Origin: an uncultured Bacteroidia bacterium
GTDB taxonomy: Bacteria > Bacteroidota > Bacteroidia > Bacteroidales > UBA932
Direction: 5' to 3'
Length of the DNA: 52,046 nt
NCBI GenBank assembly: GCA_902803535.1
Contig: CADCQP010000087.1
Location: forward strand, 1-52,046
Part shown: piece by piece, positions 1 to 8,755 of the stretch
Numbering within the stretch: the stretch's first letter is position 1
Layout: each line of letters starts with the position of its first letter
Program-made: the position numbers and the translations under genes
Notes under the pieces: model-generated
Database searches by the model: none
Told to the model about the DNA's origin: nothing
The model's input: only the letters and a program-made list of their open reading frames with translations

Positions 1-282
1 TACGACGCGGTCTCTCCTGACGGAAGGTGCATCACCAAAGCCATGGATTTCCTCATCCCATATGTAGGGAAAGAGGTGAGCGCATGGCCGCATCAGCAGA
101 TAGGCCGTTGGGAAGATTCCCAGCAGTCTGTATGCGACAACCTCTACAGGATCTACATGTTCGACCGCACGAAGACCAATTACCGTGACATCGCTCTTGC
201 CAACAGCGCACGTAAGGCCGGAGACATATGGTTCCTGCTCTATCTTTCTCCTGACGATGCCAAGAATTTGACTTTGAAATAA
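1..282 (+). CDS. Alginate-lyase-family (polysaccharide lyase-like) protein, C-terminal fragment; 5' end lies outside the window
   Basis: Frame 1 is open from base 1 (YDAVSPDGRCITKAMDFLIPYVGKEVSAWPHQQI...) to TAA at 280-282. The 'KAxDFLxPY..WPxQQI' pattern resembles the C-terminus of Bacteroidota alginate_lyase-domain proteins. It ends 3 bp before the GH2 gene. Confidence 0.55.
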   Translation, partial: YDAVSPDGRCITKAMDFLIPYVGKEVSAWPHQQIGRWEDSQQSVCDNLYRIYMFDRTKTNYRDIALANSARKAGDIWFLLYLSPDDAKNLTLK

Positions 283-285
283 GTT

Positions 286-2631
286 ATGAAACTCAGAAGC
301 CTCATCCTGCTTGCAGCCCTTTCCCTGGCTGCCGTCCCCTCCGGGGCCGCAACAGTCTATTCATCCTCCAAGACACCTCTGTCAGACGGATGGAAGTTCG
401 TCCGCCAGGACCTTGGAGGCGTATGGGAGATACTCCGTGAATCCTCGAAGGGGAAGCCTACGGAATATCCTCTGTGGACGGATGTTACCCTTCCGCACTG
501 CTACAACGCCGAGGATTCGGTGGACCCTGACCTCAATTATTATCAGGGAGCCGGCTGGTACACCAGGACCCTTGAAGTGACCAATCCCTTCAAGGGAGGG
601 AGGACCCTCCTGGAATTCGAGGGTGCCGGACAGGTGACAAGCGTGTGGATTGACTCAAAGCTGGTCGGAAGCCACACGGGTGGATATGACGGCTGGTACC
701 TCGACATTACCGATGAGATCGCAGGCAAGAAGAGCGTGACCCTTTCAGTCAGGTGTGACAACACCCGTAATTTCGAAATCATCCCCTCGCAGATATCCGA
801 CTTCACTATCGCAGGAGGCATTTACAGGCCGCTGAACCTGGTATTCATGCCTTCATCATATGTGAGTGCATTCGTGATCAAGCCCGTCCTTGAAGGTAAG
901 AACGGCTATGTGGATGTGGAGTATACATCTACCGGCGCAACTGGGGGCAAGATCTCGGTCGATGTCCTTTCTCCGGACGGCAAGGTGATTGCGTCATCGG
1001 ATGCCGCTGGCAGGGTGGCTGCAATCAAGAAGCCCCTTCTTTGGTCGGACAAGACTCCTGTCCTCTACACCTGCAGGGTGAAATGGACGGATGAAGGCGG
1101 CAACGCCCAGGTATTCGAAGAGAAATTCGGTTTCCGTACAGAAGAATTCCGTGAGCACGGTCCCTTCTTCCTGAACGGCGAGAGGGTCCTCCTGAAGGGT
1201 ACCCACATCCATGAGGACTTTGCAGGCGTAGGTGCAGCCCTTCCGGATGCCGTAATCAGGAGGCAGATGCAGCAGATGAAGGATATGGGAGTGAATTTCG
1301 TCCGTCTGGGGCATTACCAGCAGAGCGAGATGGTCCTGAACCTTTGCGACAGCCTCGGGATCATGGTTTGGGAAGAGATCCCGTGGTGCAGGGGAGGACT
1401 TGGCGGCGATGCTTACAAGGAGCAGGCGAGACGGATGCTCAGGAACATGATCTCCCAGCACAGGAACCATCCTTCCGTTATCATGTGGGGAATGGGCAAT
1501 GAGACTGACTGGCCCGGTGACTTCGAGGTGTTTGACGCAGATGCCATACATGATTTCATGGGAGAACTGACGCAGCTTTCCCATTCCATCGATCCGAGCC
1601 GCCCGACGTGCACCAGGCGCAACAACAAGAACTTTGACGTGGTTGACGTCTATTCTCCCTCCATATGGGACGGATGGTATTCAGGGAAATTCTTCGATTA
1701 TCCCAAGAAGGACCTTGCCGCTATCGAACAGTATCCCAGGTTCTTCCATGCAGAATGGGGCGGGGACAGCCATCCCCACCGCCACACCGAGGGAAAGGAA
1801 TTCGGGAACCTCGAGCGCAATGATGCCAACGGCGACTGGAGCGAGACCTACATCATCCATCTTTTCGACTGGAACCTTCACAAACAGGCCCATATGGACA
1901 ACCTGACCGGAAGCGCTTTCTGGACTTTCAGGGATTTCGCGACTCCTATCCGCCATGACAACCCCATCCCATACATGAACCAGAAGGGAGTCCTTGAGCA
2001 TGACGGGACTCCGAAGGAAAGCTATTACGTGTTCCAGAGCTACTGGACCGAGAAACCCATGGCACACATTTACGGTCACACCTGGCCGGTGCGCTGGGGC
2101 TCTCCCTCCGACAGCCACGAGGTGCTCGTTTACAGCAACTGCGACCGAGTTGAACTATTCCTCAACGGAAAGTCCCTCGGCACCAGGACCCGCAATGTGG
2201 ATGATTATCCGGCAGCCGGATTCCATTGGGATGTAGTCTTCGATCCCGGACAGAACAGCCTCAAGGCAGTCGCAACCAAGGGAAAGACTGTCATAGAGGA
2301 TGAGATCAGCCAGTACTACGAGACCCGCAAGTGGGGATCCCCGGCCCAGCTCAAATTCGACGTGGAGCCTCTTGGTGGAGACAACTATCGCGTGAATATC
2401 CTTCTGGTAGATGCTTCCGGCGTCCCGTGCCTTGATGCGGCGAACTTCGTCCGCTTCGCATTCGCGGGAGACGGAAGGCTCCTGGACAACATGGGAACTT
2501 CCCATGGAAGCCGCCGCATCCAGCTTGCGAACGGACGTGCCTGCATTGACGTTGAGTGCAAGTCATCCGGGGCCGTATCTGCATATCTGGAGAAAGAGCG
2601 GATCGGAGGATTGGTTGATATAGGAAGATGA
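286..2631 (+). CDS. Glycoside hydrolase family 2 (beta-galactosidase/glucuronidase-like), secreted
   Basis: 781 aa with a signal peptide. GH2 motifs: LEFEGA, GGIYR, FFLNGE, RLGHYQQ, RNHPSVIMWGMGNE (acid/base Glu), AEWG (nucleophile) and NQKG. Ig-like domains at the C-terminus. Confidence 0.93.
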   Translation: MKLRSLILLAALSLAAVPSGAATVYSSSKTPLSDGWKFVRQDLGGVWEILRESSKGKPTEYPLWTDVTLPHCYNAEDSVDPDLNYYQGAGWYTRTLEVTNPFKGGRTLLEFEGAGQVTSVWIDSKLVGSHTGGYDGWYLDITDEIAGKKSVTLSVRCDNTRNFEIIPSQISDFTIAGGIYRPLNLVFMPSSYVSAFVIKPVLEGKNGYVDVEYTSTGATGGKISVDVLSPDGKVIASSDAAGRVAAIKKPLLWSDKTPVLYTCRVKWTDEGGNAQVFEEKFGFRTEEFREHGPFFLNGERVLLKGTHIHEDFAGVGAALPDAVIRRQMQQMKDMGVNFVRLGHYQQSEMVLNLCDSLGIMVWEEIPWCRGGLGGDAYKEQARRMLRNMISQHRNHPSVIMWGMGNETDWPGDFEVFDADAIHDFMGELTQLSHSIDPSRPTCTRRNNKNFDVVDVYSPSIWDGWYSGKFFDYPKKDLAAIEQYPRFFHAEWGGDSHPHRHTEGKEFGNLERNDANGDWSETYIIHLFDWNLHKQAHMDNLTGSAFWTFRDFATPIRHDNPIPYMNQKGVLEHDGTPKESYYVFQSYWTEKPMAHIYGHTWPVRWGSPSDSHEVLVYSNCDRVELFLNGKSLGTRTRNVDDYPAAGFHWDVVFDPGQNSLKAVATKGKTVIEDEISQYYETRKWGSPAQLKFDVEPLGGDNYRVNILLVDASGVPCLDAANFVRFAFAGDGRLLDNMGTSHGSRRIQLANGRACIDVECKSSGAVSAYLEKERIGGLVDIGR

Positions 2632-3524
2632 AGCATATGACAGGAAAGCGATTACGTTCGTGCTGCATTCTGTTTGCCGCTGTCGCCGCTACAGCGTGCG
2701 GGCAGAAGTACAAGTCCCTCAGTCCTTTCGAATTCAAATCTGCGGTTGCCATGGATTCCCTCCAGGTAGTGGACCTCAGGACTGCGAGGGAATTCAGCGA
2801 GTCCCGCATCCCCGGTGCAGTCAACCTGGACTACAGTTCAGAAGATTTCCTTGACGAGGCTTTGTCTTCGCTTAAGAAGGACAGGGGAGTCGGCCTCTAT
2901 TGCCGGAGCGAAGCGCTCAGCGCCGAGGCCGCCCGTCTGCTTGAAGGTAAAGGATTCGATGTCACTGTCCTGGATGGAGGGGTCGTCGCATGGTCTGAAG
3001 CCGGCCTGGACCTCGCGGATGAGAATGATTTCCTTGTCTCCGTGGGTAAACCCGCTCCTGATTTCACGGTTGAACTTTACAACCGCCAGGCTGCATATGC
3101 CCCTGACTATGTAGGAGGTTCAGCCGTCACCAAGAAGGTCAGCCTTTCCAGCCTGAAGGGCAAGGTGGTGATGCTCCAGTTTACCGCGAGCTGGTGCGGG
3201 GTATGCCGCGAAGAGATGCCCCACATCGAAGCAGAGATATGGAAACCTCTCATGAAGAATCCCGATTTCGCCCTCATAGCGATAGACAGGGATGAACCGG
3301 CTTCGAAAATCGAGGCCCAGATCAAGGCTACCGGCATCACATATGACATCGGGTTCGATCCCGGCGCAGAGATTTACAATCTTTACGCCCTCCCGAATTC
3401 CGGCATTACCCGCAACGTCCTTATCGACAAGAGCGGGACAGTCGTTTTCCTGACCCGCCTTTACGACGAGCAGCAGTTCATGGCCCTGAAGAACAAGATC
3501 GCCGAGCTGCTCCGGGTACATTAA
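2628..3524 (+). CDS. Lipoprotein fusing a rhodanese domain to a TlpA/redoxin thiol-disulfide oxidoreductase domain
   Basis: Lipobox ATAC. Rhodanese motifs VDLRTAREF..RIPGA, LYCRS and LDGGVVAW, followed by VGKPAPDF..FTASWCGVC (CxxC) and ITRNVLIDKSG. ATGA overlap with the GH2 gene. Confidence 0.85.
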   Translation: MKHMTGKRLRSCCILFAAVAATACGQKYKSLSPFEFKSAVAMDSLQVVDLRTAREFSESRIPGAVNLDYSSEDFLDEALSSLKKDRGVGLYCRSEALSAEAARLLEGKGFDVTVLDGGVVAWSEAGLDLADENDFLVSVGKPAPDFTVELYNRQAAYAPDYVGGSAVTKKVSLSSLKGKVVMLQFTASWCGVCREEMPHIEAEIWKPLMKNPDFALIAIDRDEPASKIEAQIKATGITYDIGFDPGAEIYNLYALPNSGITRNVLIDKSGTVVFLTRLYDEQQFMALKNKIAELLRVH

Positions 3525-4345
3525 AGGGTCATGTCAGGTACCGGGTATTCCTCCCACGGGAGTACCGTGACAGATATCCCCGGGATGCCGTATTCCACTG
3601 TCAGGGTAAGGTTGTCAAGGTCTTCCTTTCCCCAGTCGTAGCCGGCATCGGCTATGCTTTTCCCTATGTCATAGGTGTGGGTGCGTCCCGAATCATCAGT
3701 GAGCTCCAGCGATAGCGAATCGTCTGTCTGTCTTGGAACAACGGCCTGGAATACAAATGTTTCCAGTCTTTCCGGAATGCATTGGAATTCGCCTTTGACC
3801 GGGCTCAGCGTTTCGGGTTCGATACCTATGACGTTCCCTGTGATCAGGGAAGAGAACGGGCATCCGTCTCCGGCCGGCATCCCGGCCATATGCAGCCATA
3901 TGATGCAGTGTTCCTTTCGGAAGTGAAGGGTGTCCCTTGCCGTTTCCCCTTCGCAGAAGACGTTGTCGCGTCCTATGAAAAGCCTGTCCCATTGCTGCCC
4001 TTTGGCTATGGTGATCCCGTCCCGGTTTTCCACGGCGTTCACCAGTGTGGTATGGTACGTGACCAGTGCCTGACCCTTGACTATCTCTATTTTCTCCTCT
4101 TTCTGCGTGGAAGGGAAGGCCCCTGGATTGTCGTAGGCGATGTAACCTCCCATGCTGATCTTCAGGTTGACCGGATAGGGGATCCCCTGCCTGTACACGG
4201 ATTCTTCGGGCGGGATGGTGTAGTGCCAGACCGATTCCCTGTCAGAAGTGATCGTCAGGATGCACGGACAGCCTTCGCGCTCTTCCCTGATCGAGCAGGA
4301 ACATGCGGCCAGAAGTGCCGCCAGGATGATTTTTCTGTAGTCCAT
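3521..4345 (-). CDS. FimB/Mfa2-family fimbrial (type V pilus) lipoprotein
   Basis: Likely start MDYRK at 4345, with lipoprotein signal LLAACSCSIREEREGCPC. Beta-rich body, GYDWGKEDLDN, and a C-terminal 'VTVLPWEE' strand typical of Mfa2/FimB anchors. Confidence 0.7.
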   Translation of the reverse strand: MDYRKIILAALLAACSCSIREEREGCPCILTITSDRESVWHYTIPPEESVYRQGIPYPVNLKISMGGYIAYDNPGAFPSTQKEEKIEIVKGQALVTYHTTLVNAVENRDGITIAKGQQWDRLFIGRDNVFCEGETARDTLHFRKEHCIIWLHMAGMPAGDGCPFSSLITGNVIGIEPETLSPVKGEFQCIPERLETFVFQAVVPRQTDDSLSLELTDDSGRTHTYDIGKSIADAGYDWGKEDLDNLTLTVEYGIPGISVTVLPWEEYPVPDMTL

Positions 4346-4349
4346 ATTG

Positions 4350-6299
4350 TCAGTCTTCTGAATTAAGTCCATATGTTTTTATCAATGCCGAGATTTCCGG
4401 GTCGAGATTGCCCCTGTGGACATATGAGCGGTCAATCCTGCACGCATTCAGGTAATGTTGGACGGCCTGTGCGCCGTCACCCCGGCGGGAATGGAGGATC
4501 GCCAGCATGTATTCGACCGGTCCGGTGGGCTCAAGGTCTTTGAGGATGTCCATCGCCGATGCGTTGTAGTCCATTGCGAGGCATGCAACTGCCGTGTTGT
4601 AGTCCCGGTAAGGCCTGAGCAGGTTGACCGCCGTCTTGTAGTCCATGTCCCGGAGGGCCTGGACACCCCGCATGTATGCAGTGTCCAGCACGGTAGTGTG
4701 GACGGTGTCCTTGACCATTCCCTTGCGGTGCAGGTGGAAGGCGAACCGGACAGTCCTCAGCCTTGGATACAGGCTCTCCCTGAGGTACCTGTAGAATGGC
4801 TCTGCCTGAAGTTTCCTTTCCCTGGCATCGATATCGGAAATGACTGAACTGTTGTGATATGCCTCTTTCGCATGCTGGGTCAGAACCGTATCTGCCCCGA
4901 CCAGGGCATCCAGCATCCTCCAGTTCTCGGGATCATTCCGGGATATGAAGCGGATCGGAGGCGGAGTCTCCTCGCTGATGCTTCCGTCCATGTCGATGCG
5001 CAGTCCCTTTGTCCTTTCCAGTGAATCCCTCAGGTGCCTTAGATACCTCCCGAAATAGTCGGATACCGACTCGCTCCTTCTCTGGGACAGCCTCCTGTTG
5101 TAATCATATGCTCCTTCAGGGGAGCATGAAGCGGTTACTACGATTGAATCCAGGCTGAATTCAGCGTTCTCCACAAGGGATCTCAGGTTGGATTCTATCC
5201 TCCCGATTTCGGACCGGTTGCTGCCCGTCTCTTTCTCGATCGCCGAGCTTCCGGAGCGGAAATCAATGTAGCATGCAGTGTTTGCTTCCACGCTGCGTTC
5301 GGTGATTTTCGTAAGGTACCGCTGCGTCCCGTCGGCGAATGAGCTCAGGGAACTAATGTAGAATGTAAGCGGATTGGACCTCGGTACATTCCATATCCTC
5401 TTCTCCTGTTCGAAGACATCTCCGGTCAGTACTATCGCTACTTTTTTCATCTGCGGCCTTGTTAAAATCTCCTGGACGTATTCGTATATGAAATCTCCTC
5501 CGGGGGACAGTATCACCGTGTCAAGCCTCAGGCCTTCCGTGACTATGGGTACTTTAACGTACTTGTCGTACATCTTCCTGGTCCTGGATTTGCGCAATTC
5601 ATTCCGGCGCAGGAGAAGTGACCTTGTGTAATGCTCTACCGCCTGCCGCTGCGTGACTCCGAAGGCGGAGGAGAATTGCTCGTCGGAAACATATGACGTG
5701 TCGTCCCTGAACATGAAGACCTCCGGGATATTCCTCTGGAGGAAGACTTCCAGCTGCCTGCGCGAAATGAATTTCAGGGTGTCGGTAATTATCGACCGGA
5801 GGAATCTCTCATATTGCTGATAGCCCCTGAGCTGGGCCTTGCGGTAGTCTTTGCCGGTAATCACGACTGGCTCCAGCTCAGTGCTGTCACCAAGGGCAAG
5901 GAGCCGTGGCGTAAACCTCAGCTGCCATCTGCTGTCCTGCATATCCTTCGGGACTACGATCTGGAAGCGAAGGTCAACCTTCCCATGACGTTCGGCCAGG
6001 TTCCTGAATCTTGCCGTAACATATGCCGGGTTGAGTACATCCGTCGCTACCATTTCTCCGTCTTCGTCCTTAATTGCCTTCATTATCAAGACCTTCCTCC
6101 CGTCCATATCCTGCACTTCGATTGTGTCCTTCACATTCGCCCCATGCAGGGACAGGTCCGGAAGCTGGTCCTCTTTCGGCAGGACGATGTCCGCTGTAAC
6201 CTTTCCGGTCCTAAGGGCAGATACCTTTTTCTGGACCGTACATGCCCCGGTCACCAGTACTGCAGCCGCAATAGCAGCCATTATCCGCAACTTCTCCAT
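4350..6299 (-). CDS. OmpA-like/TPR lipoprotein (DUF3868-like), typical of Bacteroidales fimbrial loci
   Basis: 649 aa with lipobox VTGAC. OmpA-like motifs IDFRSGSS, TASCSPEGAYDYNRRLSQRRSESV, PENW and LYPRLR. C-terminal TPR-like helices. Confidence 0.7.
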   Translation of the reverse strand: MEKLRIMAAIAAAVLVTGACTVQKKVSALRTGKVTADIVLPKEDQLPDLSLHGANVKDTIEVQDMDGRKVLIMKAIKDEDGEMVATDVLNPAYVTARFRNLAERHGKVDLRFQIVVPKDMQDSRWQLRFTPRLLALGDSTELEPVVITGKDYRKAQLRGYQQYERFLRSIITDTLKFISRRQLEVFLQRNIPEVFMFRDDTSYVSDEQFSSAFGVTQRQAVEHYTRSLLLRRNELRKSRTRKMYDKYVKVPIVTEGLRLDTVILSPGGDFIYEYVQEILTRPQMKKVAIVLTGDVFEQEKRIWNVPRSNPLTFYISSLSSFADGTQRYLTKITERSVEANTACYIDFRSGSSAIEKETGSNRSEIGRIESNLRSLVENAEFSLDSIVVTASCSPEGAYDYNRRLSQRRSESVSDYFGRYLRHLRDSLERTKGLRIDMDGSISEETPPPIRFISRNDPENWRMLDALVGADTVLTQHAKEAYHNSSVISDIDARERKLQAEPFYRYLRESLYPRLRTVRFAFHLHRKGMVKDTVHTTVLDTAYMRGVQALRDMDYKTAVNLLRPYRDYNTAVACLAMDYNASAMDILKDLEPTGPVEYMLAILHSRRGDGAQAVQHYLNACRIDRSYVHRGNLDPEISALIKTYGLNSED

Positions 6300-6315
6300 G
6301 CTCCTTCAGGATTAT

Positions 6316-6663
6316 CTACCTCATCTGTGGCTGGCAGTAGTCATCGTTATCCACTATGCTTATCGTCTTTGCAAGTACTTCCTGCGACGTCCTGTCAACT
6401 CCGTCACTCCCCGTGAACTTGAATGAGCGTATCCTGCCCAGGACATATACCGTCATCCCTTTCTTGAACAGGGAGAAGTCAGGCATGTCCTTCCCCTCCC
6501 ATGCGGTCACCCTGTGCCATACCTCCTCGATGACAGGATTGTTGTCTCTTTTGTAGCAGTACTCTGTCTTCAGTGAGAAATTCAGGACCCTGTTCTCTCC
6601 CACGTTAGAGAGGGTGACATTCCCGATGATGCCCCTCAGTTCGATTCTGTTCAATTGTTCCAT
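6316..6663 (-). CDS. ssb: Single-stranded DNA-binding protein paralogue (short, no acidic tail)
   Basis: Start MEQLNRIELRGIIG at 6663. OB-fold SSB motifs NFSLKT, WHRVTAW and KKGMTVYVLGRIR. 115 aa, ending without DDLPF. Confidence 0.85.
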   Translation of the reverse strand: MEQLNRIELRGIIGNVTLSNVGENRVLNFSLKTEYCYKRDNNPVIEEVWHRVTAWEGKDMPDFSLFKKGMTVYVLGRIRSFKFTGSDGVDRTSQEVLAKTISIVDNDDYCQPQMR

Positions 6664-6983
6664 GTTCTGAATTGTTAAGTTGTTCAATCGGCCTGGCCAT
6701 GGTGCGCGCACACTTGAGGCCCAGCGCAAAGAAAACACAAATCATTTACCCTTGTTACAGGGAGAAGTTGCAGTGCTGCAAATGTTTACGAATCTTTGGA
6801 TGAATGTCTGTTTCCGTGGGACGGACCAAAGAAATGCACATGGCCGTTTATTTCTTTTAATTCATGCCTCCGGGGCGGCGATTCAAGAATCGTAAATAAA
6901 ACGGCATGCGGATTTTAGTATCCTTGGATTCTACGTGTAATCTTTCAATCTTGCTCCGGATTCAAGAATGGAGGACTCAGCAT

Positions 6984-7394
6984 ATGATTCGTACTCGGAA
7001 GGATGAGGACGTCCGCAGGTGCCTGAATTGCGGGAAGGTGATAGTAGGCGGCAGGCCTGACAAGCTGTTCTGCTGCGCCAGATGCAAGAATGCATGGCAC
7101 AACGCCAGGTTGCGCTTCCAGAAGAACCAAAGGGACAGGGTGATAGCCAGGCTGCTGAAAAACCATGAGATCCTTACGACCCTGCTCCAGTTGAGGATGT
7201 ACAGCGTCGATTTCCCGGATCTGATCGAGATGGGGTATAACCCCGATTATGTTACGGGCTACAGGAAGCAGGGACGCAAATCAGTCTGCAGCTGTTTCGA
7301 GATACGCTACGTCCAGACTCCTTCAAGGATCAGCGGATTGAGAAAAGGCGGCATCCTCTCAGAGGAGGAGCCGCCTTATGGAAAGAAGAAATGA
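6984..7394 (+). CDS. Zn-ribbon (DUF2116-like) protein
   Basis: CLNCGKVIVGGRPDKLFCCARCKNAWHN motif followed by LLKNHEIL..GYNPDYVT..CFE, a common Bacteroidota hypothetical family. The ATG at 6984 is preferred over 6906. Confidence 0.7.
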   Translation: MIRTRKDEDVRRCLNCGKVIVGGRPDKLFCCARCKNAWHNARLRFQKNQRDRVIARLLKNHEILTTLLQLRMYSVDFPDLIEMGYNPDYVTGYRKQGRKSVCSCFEIRYVQTPSRISGLRKGGILSEEEPPYGKKK

Positions 7395-7398
7395 TCAA

Positions 7399-8679
7399 TT
7401 AAGCTGCTGCTTTTTTCAGCTTTTCCGGATCCTTGAAGAGGATGGCGAACATTACTCCGACTACGAGTGCATATGCCGCGAAAATGTACCACGCGGTTGA
7501 CCATCCCTCAGGGCTGGTTGCCGTACATCCGCAGGCATCCACCACGGCTCCGGCAGCCAGGGTGCCTATCGAGGCCCCAAGTCCGTTGGTCATGAGCATG
7601 AACAGTCCCTGTGCGCTTGACCTGATGTCGGTTCCGGTGTTCTCATTGACATAGAGGGAGCCTGAGATGTTGAAGAAATCGAAGGCGACTCCGTAAACTA
7701 TGCAGGAGAGGATGAAGAGGATAACGCCGGGCATGTCAGGTGAGCCGAGTCCGAAGAATCCGAAACGGAAGACCCATGCGAACATGGCGATGAGCATTAC
7801 CTTCTTGATGCCGAACTTCTTCATGAAGAATGGGATGAGGAGGATGCACAGGGTCTCGGAGGCCTGCGAGATGGAAATCAGGGCGTTGGAATTCTTGACT
7901 GCGAATGAATCAGGTGACACGCTCTGGAACGAGCCGAGGAAAAGGTTCGCATAGCCGTTGGTGATCTGGAGAGCGGAGCCCAGCAGCATCGAGAATATGA
8001 AGAAAATCGCGAACTGCCTGTCCTTGAAGAGGGTGAATGCCTTGAGCCCTAGGGCTTCGGTCAGCGACTGGCCGGATTCTCCCTTCTTGACCGGTACTTC
8101 CGGCATGGTTAGGGCATATGCGCAGAGGATCAGTGACATTGCTCCGGAGGCGACCAGTTGGGTGTAGGAGTCCTGCATCGCCACTCCGTTGAACTTGACG
8201 AAGTTGGTGCAGAGCATGCTGATTATGAAGCCCACCGTGCCGAAGACCCTGATGGGCGGGAAATCCTTGACGGGATCCTTCCCTACGCCTTCGAGTGCGT
8301 TGTAGGCCACGGAGTTAACAAGTGCGATTGTCGGCATGAAGAAAGCGACGCTCAGGCTGTATAACGTGAACAGGGGAGCGAAGGAGATGTTCCCTCCGGC
8401 ATTCCTGCAGTAAAGCCCGGCCGCGACCATGAACACGCCGGCGAACAGGTGGCACATGGAGAGCACCTTCTGGGCCTGTATCTTCCTGTCGGCCAGGATG
8501 CCCATGAGAGTTGGCATGAAGATCGACACTATGCCTTGCATCGCAAAGAACCATTTGATCTTGTCAATCATCCCGATGCTGCCGAGATAGCGTCCCAGCG
8601 AGGTGAGATAGGCCCCCCAGACTGCGAACTCGAGGAAGTTCATCAAGATCAGCCTGATAGTGATAGAGTTGTTTTTCAT
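7399..8679 (-). CDS. MFS nucleoside:H+ symporter (NupG/XapB family)
   Basis: Motifs MNFLEFAVWGAY, FPPIRVFGTVGF, SQASE, GVAFDFFNISG and SAQGLFMLMTNGLG, with about 12 hydrophobic helices. The start at 8679 fits a -7 element at 8697-8704. Confidence 0.9.
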   Translation of the reverse strand: MKNNSITIRLILMNFLEFAVWGAYLTSLGRYLGSIGMIDKIKWFFAMQGIVSIFMPTLMGILADRKIQAQKVLSMCHLFAGVFMVAAGLYCRNAGGNISFAPLFTLYSLSVAFFMPTIALVNSVAYNALEGVGKDPVKDFPPIRVFGTVGFIISMLCTNFVKFNGVAMQDSYTQLVASGAMSLILCAYALTMPEVPVKKGESGQSLTEALGLKAFTLFKDRQFAIFFIFSMLLGSALQITNGYANLFLGSFQSVSPDSFAVKNSNALISISQASETLCILLIPFFMKKFGIKKVMLIAMFAWVFRFGFFGLGSPDMPGVILFILSCIVYGVAFDFFNISGSLYVNENTGTDIRSSAQGLFMLMTNGLGASIGTLAAGAVVDACGCTATSPEGWSTAWYIFAAYALVVGVMFAILFKDPEKLKKAAA

Positions 8680-8696
8680 TTGTGTGGTCATTTGTG

Positions 8697-8733
8697 CAAA
8701 TTTACAGTTTTTCACATAAAATTCATATCTTTG
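8697..8733. promoter_or_regulatory. Divergent Bacteroidota sigma-A -7 elements for the permease and tgt
   Basis: TAAATTTG on the minus strand at 8697-8704 and TATCTTTG on the plus strand at 8726-8733. Both match TAnnTTTG and sit shortly upstream of the respective ATGs. Confidence 0.6.
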
Positions 8734-8755
8734 AAAATTGTTTGGAGAGCAGATT

